From the NCBI GenBank assembly GCA_963745835.1, contig CAVUZH010000019.1, positions 32,001 through 96,000 of the forward strand: DNA of 64,000 nucleotides, in the 5' to 3' direction. The stretch comes from an uncultured delta proteobacterium (GTDB taxonomy: Bacteria; Desulfobacterota; Binatia; UBA9968). Below are positions 58,735 to 64,000 of this stretch, one piece after another. The notes beneath the pieces are model-generated. The model saw nothing but the letters and a program-made list of their open reading frames with translations. It searched no databases and was not told the origin of the DNA. The translations under genes and the position numbers were made by a program. Within the stretch, counting starts at the first letter, position 1. Every line of letters begins with the position of its first letter.

Positions 58735-59702
58735 TTTGCCTCCTTTTTTCCTTATAGCTTTTTGCTGCAAATTTTCGGGGACAAGAAGCAGCCTCTACAA
58801 GGCTTCCTGCCACACCGCAGGTTGTACTTGAAATGGGCCAATCCCATCAATACGCGAGTAGTATGATTTTGATGCTAAACAACTGCCGAGCCGACTCGAT
58901 TATACGACTTAAGACCTAAAAAGAGGCGAATAAACAAATTTCTGCGAGGGTTCTGCTGCAGTATCTAAAGAAAAGATATCAAAACGCACCAAATCGTTAG
59001 CAACTCAAAGATCAACCAAGCAAATTTTTTAAGGCCGGGTAAAAACGGCTGTTTCTCTATAGACACTGTCAGCGCAAAGCCGTGAGCCATCGGCTTAGGC
59101 ACCTCGGCGAGTTCGTCGCGATCCACAATTCACTAAGTCTTTAGATTGACATAAGAACTGAGCCCTATTGGACGCTAAAGTCGAGACTAAGGAGAAGATT
59201 CGGGAGCTTTGAACATCTGACGGATCAATTCGGATTCTAGCGGCTCAATCAGGGTCACCTGAAGCAGGTTGAGCGAAGCGTTGCGCCTAGTGCGCCGACG
59301 GCAACATACGGTAAGTGGGCGTTCGCACGATCAACTGACAAGCTCGTAGATGTTCGAGCGATTTGCTATGGCCGGAACAGTTTGCTTCACCAGCATGGCT
59401 GTGGACTGCCACTCGTATAGGCTCGACAAAAATCTGCACTGACCGATCGTGTTAACGTGAAGACGTGTCGATTTGGAGTTTCCAATTGTTGCCGCCGGGA
59501 TCCACTCCTTCTATCTTGTGTGTCTCTTGTATCGCTGAATGGTGTCCGCTTACTACTTGATGATTTCAGATATTCGAAGCGCAGTTCATGCGGGTTAGAT
59601 GTTAGACGATTTTTGTTGGTTGCGTGTTTCCAAGCTGGTTGTAAGCCGTTGCTGTTGCCAGCAGCACAAGCAAGCCCAGGGGAACGCACCCGCACAATAA
59701 GC

Positions 59703-59730
59703 TTGACTCTGCCTCCGGTGGGCATATTAT
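59703..59730 (+). promoter_or_regulatory. Putative sigma70 promoter for bamD
   Basis: TTGACT-N16-TATTAT. Confidence 0.5.
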
Positions 59731-59757
59731 GGAAAAACCTCATTCGATAGGTGAAAC

Positions 59758-61629
59758 ATGAAAAATAAGTTTCCGCTCGCTTTCCTCGCCGTCGTCATTG
59801 GATCATCGGGTTGCTCGTCGCTTTCGATGCCGTCCGTGCCCTGGTTCAAATCCGCAGCTCCCGTGGATCCGACTGCCGAGGCTTTATTTGCCGAAGGCAG
59901 CCGCTATTTCAATGAAAAGAAATACGCCCGCGCAATCGACGTTTTGCAAAAGCTAAAAACGGGACATCCGTTCAGCCCACTGCTCACCGAGACCGAATTG
60001 AAAGTTGCCGATGCCTACTATCTAAACGAGCAATATCCGGAGGCGATCACCGCATTCAAAGAGTTTCAGAGCCTTCACCCAACCAATGAAAATATTTCTT
60101 TTGTCCTCTTGAGGCTTGGACAAGCCCACTTGAACCAGTTCAGTTCGACCGATCGCGACCAAAAAAATACCGAGATCGCCAAGGGATATTTCGAAACCGT
60201 TATTACCAGCCATCCAAAGTCGCCCCACGCGCCGGAAGCCGCAGAGAAGCTGGCCAAATGCATTCAGTACCTTTCAGAGCACGAGTTCAACGTCGCGATG
60301 TTTTATCATCAGCAGGAAAAATATCCTGCCGCGAGAGATCGCTTCGAAGAAATTGTCCGTAAGTACAAGGGAACGCCAACTGCGATAAAGAGTCTCTATT
60401 ACCTGGGAGAAAGTTACAGAAAAGAAAAAAACTCCATAAGAGCTTCTCTCGCGTACGAAGCATTGATTCAGCATTATCCGGAAACCAAATTCGCAGTCGA
60501 GGCGAAAACTCAGCTGGCGCAACTGGATAAAGAGAAACAAGATCCATTGGCATTGCTGTTGATGCGAGACCGTCGCCCGGGCGCCGCTCTACCGGCGGAA
60601 ACTAAAGAAGAGCCGGCCCTTAGCAAACTGAAGGACCTAAATCTCGTAGCAAAAAAAGACCTGGTGTATGAAGAACCGGGAGCCGAAAAGGGAATGCTGC
60701 GCCGCGTGGCAGACAAGTTAAATCCCTTCTCTTCATCCGATGAGCCAAAAGATGAGCCAAAAGAAAGCGCAACGGAACTGCTGGTCAGACGCAAAGAAGC
60801 TGAGAAAGAGTCCAGCGGTATTTTCGCATCGCTCTGGCCATTCGGCAAGCAAAGCTCGAATGCGAACAGCAAGCCCAGCCAGAACACTGGGCTCGTAGGT
60901 CACATCGACGAATCCTTAAAGCAAAAGGGTATCGAAAACGCCGGACAGGCAACTTCAACTCCGCCGGTGGCGGATCTACCGAAGAGCAACGAGGCGCCTC
61001 CGCAAACAATGGACACTGGTGTGCTTGTGGGTTCGATCGATTCGAATCTCAAGAAGAGCGGTAAAACTTCCGAACTGCCACCGGCCCCGGAGGCAGCGGC
61101 GGCATTCAAAGATGTGGCTGCCACTCAAAACGCTGCGGTCAAAACAACCGCTCCAGCACAAAGCCCGGTCAGCAGCGGACTTTTGAGTAGTATAGATCAA
61201 AAGCTAAAATCACAGGGAGTCGAGCCATCCCGATTCGAATTGCCGCCTTCCCCAGCTGAGGTTACGGAAAGCGCGGTTAAGAATACTCCTCCAGTGAAAG
61301 TCGAATTAGAGCCGAAGGTAAGCGCGGAGAAAGGGCCATTGTTCCTGGCACCAGCGGAGCTTCCGAGCAGCGCCACAAGCAACCGCGCGGATGATGCGAA
61401 TACTAGTAATGCCAAGCCCGACGTTGCGGAAAAACCTCAGCCTGCCGACAGGATAGCTCCACGTAATCTCGTCCGCGGACCTACTCAATCGCAACCCGCG
61501 AATCGAGCAACAAGCCCCGCTGAACAGAAAAAGGCGACGCCGGACGAAGAAGAAACCAAAGGATTATTTGACCACCTGCGGGACGATGTTGAGAGCGTCA
61601 GTAAAATCTTGAATCCGTTTCGCTGGTAG
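59758..61629 (+). CDS. bamD: Outer membrane protein assembly factor BamD with long C-terminal extension
   Basis: SSGC lipobox; HPFS, ADAYY, FQSLHPTNENI, DRDQKNT, LSEHEFNVAMFY, AARDRF; about 360 extra residues. Confidence 0.88.
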   Translation: MKNKFPLAFLAVVIGSSGCSSLSMPSVPWFKSAAPVDPTAEALFAEGSRYFNEKKYARAIDVLQKLKTGHPFSPLLTETELKVADAYYLNEQYPEAITAFKEFQSLHPTNENISFVLLRLGQAHLNQFSSTDRDQKNTEIAKGYFETVITSHPKSPHAPEAAEKLAKCIQYLSEHEFNVAMFYHQQEKYPAARDRFEEIVRKYKGTPTAIKSLYYLGESYRKEKNSIRASLAYEALIQHYPETKFAVEAKTQLAQLDKEKQDPLALLLMRDRRPGAALPAETKEEPALSKLKDLNLVAKKDLVYEEPGAEKGMLRRVADKLNPFSSSDEPKDEPKESATELLVRRKEAEKESSGIFASLWPFGKQSSNANSKPSQNTGLVGHIDESLKQKGIENAGQATSTPPVADLPKSNEAPPQTMDTGVLVGSIDSNLKKSGKTSELPPAPEAAAAFKDVAATQNAAVKTTAPAQSPVSSGLLSSIDQKLKSQGVEPSRFELPPSPAEVTESAVKNTPPVKVELEPKVSAEKGPLFLAPAELPSSATSNRADDANTSNAKPDVAEKPQPADRIAPRNLVRGPTQSQPANRATSPAEQKKATPDEEETKGLFDHLRDDVESVSKILNPFRW

Positions 61630-61957
61630 GCAAGTCTAGACCCGAGTTAAGCGCTCCCCCTTTTGCCGTAACGACCCTGTGGCTGCGGGATTTATGCAAC
61701 TGTCCGGTTAAAAAAACCGCGGCGTTCGTTACGGCATTCTCTTCAGCATCCGACCGAAGTTTCCCCTCGCCAAACAGAACCGACTTTAGTCTTCGACCAC
61801 TGTGCAAGTCGGACGGATATCATCCCCATGCACGAGTACGGTCGGCGGGCAGCAAAGAATCGGCGATTAACCTCGCGCGTTCGAAAGCCAGCTCGGGGCG
61901 CTTACCGAATGAACGGTTTTTTATGACGGTTGCGCTTGTCTGAAGAGCTACAAATGG

Positions 61958-64000
61958 TCAGGGGTTACGCTGCCCTGGATTTTCCACTCCGAGTTTAGCG
62001 CCCAGTGCGGCCGTTGCGGCATCGGCTGGAGCACCTTTATCACCTCCGCGCAGTCTCGCAGGAAGGCTAACCAGAAAAGTTTGGCCCCGTTCGAGATAAA
62101 GATACATGACTGGAGTTATGTAGAGCGTCAGGATCTGGGATACCAGCAGACCGCCAACTACAGCGATCCCCAAAGGCTGTCTGGCCTCAGCGCCCGCGCC
62201 CCAGCCTATCGCGATGGGTATCGCGCCAACAATTGCGGCCATGGTTGTCATCATAATCGGCCGAAAGCGCACTAACGCCCCTTCATAGATGGCTTGGGCT
62301 GGGCTTTTGCCGTCGTTGCGTTGTCGCTCGAGAGCAAAGTCGATCATCATGATGGCATTTTTTTTCACGATACCGATCAACATGATCAAACCGACGAAAG
62401 CATAAATGCTCAGATCCATCTGCAGCAGGTAGAGGGCAATCAATGCACCAAGACCGGCGGAAGGAAGACCGGAAAGAATAGTCAGGGGATGAATAAAGCT
62501 CTCGTAGAGAATTCCCAAAACCAAGTAGACCACGAACACGGCCAGCGCCAAGAGGAGCCAGAGACTCTTGATCGACGATTGAAACTCCTGGGCGGTGCCT
62601 TGGAAGGTGGTGCTGATGGTTCCAGGTAAATTCTCCCGGGCCAACCCGTTGATAGTCTCCACCGCGTCTCCCAAAGCAACTCCTTCTCTTAAGTTAAACG
62701 AAAAGGTTACCGACGGCAGCTGTCCAGAATGATTTACCGATAGCGGCCCAGCGGAATAAATAAGACTCGCCAACGCTCCAAAGGGTACCATCGGTTGGGC
62801 TGTAGCGGTTTGGCCGGTGGTCGATCGAATATACAGCTGCGACAGCGCTGACGGATCGTTTTGGAATTTGGGATCTAGTTCGACGATCACCTGATATTGA
62901 TTATTTGGCGTGTTGATAGTCGTAATCTGTCTCGTGGCGTAGGCGTTCCAAAAAGCCTCTTCAACTTGTCGAGGAGAAATGCCTTGCGCCGTAATCCCCA
63001 TCGTAGCCATCTTGTCGCGGTCGATCACAACCTGCAACTGCGGGTTTTGGAGCTGCAGGTCGCTGCCTACATCGCGCATATCCGGCAGCGCTCTGAGCTT
63101 CTCTTCAAACGAGGCTGCATGGCGATAGAGTTCAGGGGCATTGGGACTTTGCAGCGTAAATTGATACAGACTTCGGCTTAGCCGGCCGCCGACTCTAATG
63201 ACCGGCGGGTTCTGCAACGATACGCGAATACCGGGGACTCGCGCCAACTTTGGCCGCAACTCACGAATCAACTCATCAGCAGAAAGCGGGCGTTCGGAGC
63301 GCGGCTTGAGCTTCATAAATATCCGACCGGTGTTGCCCGTGAGACCCGACCCGCCAACCCCAACGCTGGAAAAAAAAGACTCGACATTTTGATCCTCGGC
63401 GACAATGGCAGCTAATTCTTGCTGATACTGCACCATTTGTTCATACGAAACGCCTTGGGCGCCTTCAGTATTGATAATCACTTGTCCGGTATCTTCACTT
63501 GGAATGAAACCTTTGGGGACCAGACCGAACATGTAGATCGTCGCTAGCAGGACGACCAATGATGATACCACGGTCGTCACGTGGTGCCTCATGACCCACT
63601 GCAGAGTCACTTCATACGCTCTGTTCATGCCGTCCAAGCACCGCCCGAGAAAACGGTAAAGCCGGCCATGCTTCTGCTCCGAAGGCGGGCGCAGATAGCG
63701 GCTACACAGCATCGGAGTCAGGCTTAAAGAAATGAAGCCCGAGACAAGAATCGCTACACAGATGGTGACAGCGAACTCGCGCAAGAGCCTGCCAAGCATA
63801 CCGCTCATGAACAGCACTGGAATAAAGGCGGCCACCAGAGAAATCGTCATGGAAACAATCGTGAAGCCAATTTCTTTGGCTCCTTTAACCGCCGCGTCGT
63901 AGGGCCGCTCGCCCTCTTCCATGTGACGAACAATGTTTTCCAGCACGACGATCGCGTCATCGACCACGAAGCCCACGGCTAGGGTAAGCGCCATCAAGGA
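61958..64000 (-). CDS. RND efflux permease (AcrB/MdtB/MdtC-like), 3' part
   Basis: GFVVDDAIVVLENI, SLSLTPMLCS, LYESFIHPLTILSGLPSA, GIVKKNAIMMIDFA, RFRPIMMTT; continues past the window end. Confidence 0.96.
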   Translation of the reverse strand, partial: SLMALTLAVGFVVDDAIVVLENIVRHMEEGERPYDAAVKGAKEIGFTIVSMTISLVAAFIPVLFMSGMLGRLLREFAVTICVAILVSGFISLSLTPMLCSRYLRPPSEQKHGRLYRFLGRCLDGMNRAYEVTLQWVMRHHVTTVVSSLVVLLATIYMFGLVPKGFIPSEDTGQVIINTEGAQGVSYEQMVQYQQELAAIVAEDQNVESFFSSVGVGGSGLTGNTGRIFMKLKPRSERPLSADELIRELRPKLARVPGIRVSLQNPPVIRVGGRLSRSLYQFTLQSPNAPELYRHAASFEEKLRALPDMRDVGSDLQLQNPQLQVVIDRDKMATMGITAQGISPRQVEEAFWNAYATRQITTINTPNNQYQVIVELDPKFQNDPSALSQLYIRSTTGQTATAQPMVPFGALASLIYSAGPLSVNHSGQLPSVTFSFNLREGVALGDAVETINGLARENLPGTISTTFQGTAQEFQSSIKSLWLLLALAVFVVYLVLGILYESFIHPLTILSGLPSAGLGALIALYLLQMDLSIYAFVGLIMLIGIVKKNAIMMIDFALERQRNDGKSPAQAIYEGALVRFRPIMMTTMAAIVGAIPIAIGWGAGAEARQPLGIAVVGGLLVSQILTLYITPVMYLYLERGQTFLVSLPARLRGGDKGAPADAATAALGAKLGVENPGQRNP

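Noticed and set aside
61630-61957. Open plus-strand frame containing WLRDLCNCP
   Set aside because: No start or RBS and no further similarity; likely chance

Overview
Gene-dense chromosomal window (about 55% GC by eye) from a diderm bacterium. Gene content and style suggest a 'deltaproteobacterial' lineage such as Ca. Binatota (inference only). Housekeeping genes include topA (partial), dprA, der, era, greA, ligA, rsmI, amgK-murU, sodC, UbiD/UbiA quinone genes, bamD and a partial RND pump. There is also a MoxR-DUF58-VWA operon, a split oligopeptide ABC system and three GT-C-like glycosyltransferase genes. Several things are missed by the ORF track. (1) A 40-aa secreted micro-peptide gene (38075-38197, -) has its own sigma54 promoter and terminator and is divergent from a sigma54-driven sensor kinase/NtrC-type regulator pair; this is a candidate peptide-signalling or ZraP-like module. 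(2) A 75-aa glutaredoxin-like gene has two in-frame TGA codons (42457-42684, +) and is a probable double selenoprotein. (3) A decaying integron cassette array lacks an integrase (about 8760-10193, -) and holds one canonical attC, degenerate attC sites, a DHFR-like cassette and a broken toxin-antitoxin cassette. (4) A terminator lies in the greA leader. (5) BamD carries a long repeat-containing tail. Single-base frameshifts in der, moxR, oppD and a porin gene are most likely sequencing errors. I saw no tRNA, rRNA or CRISPR array.
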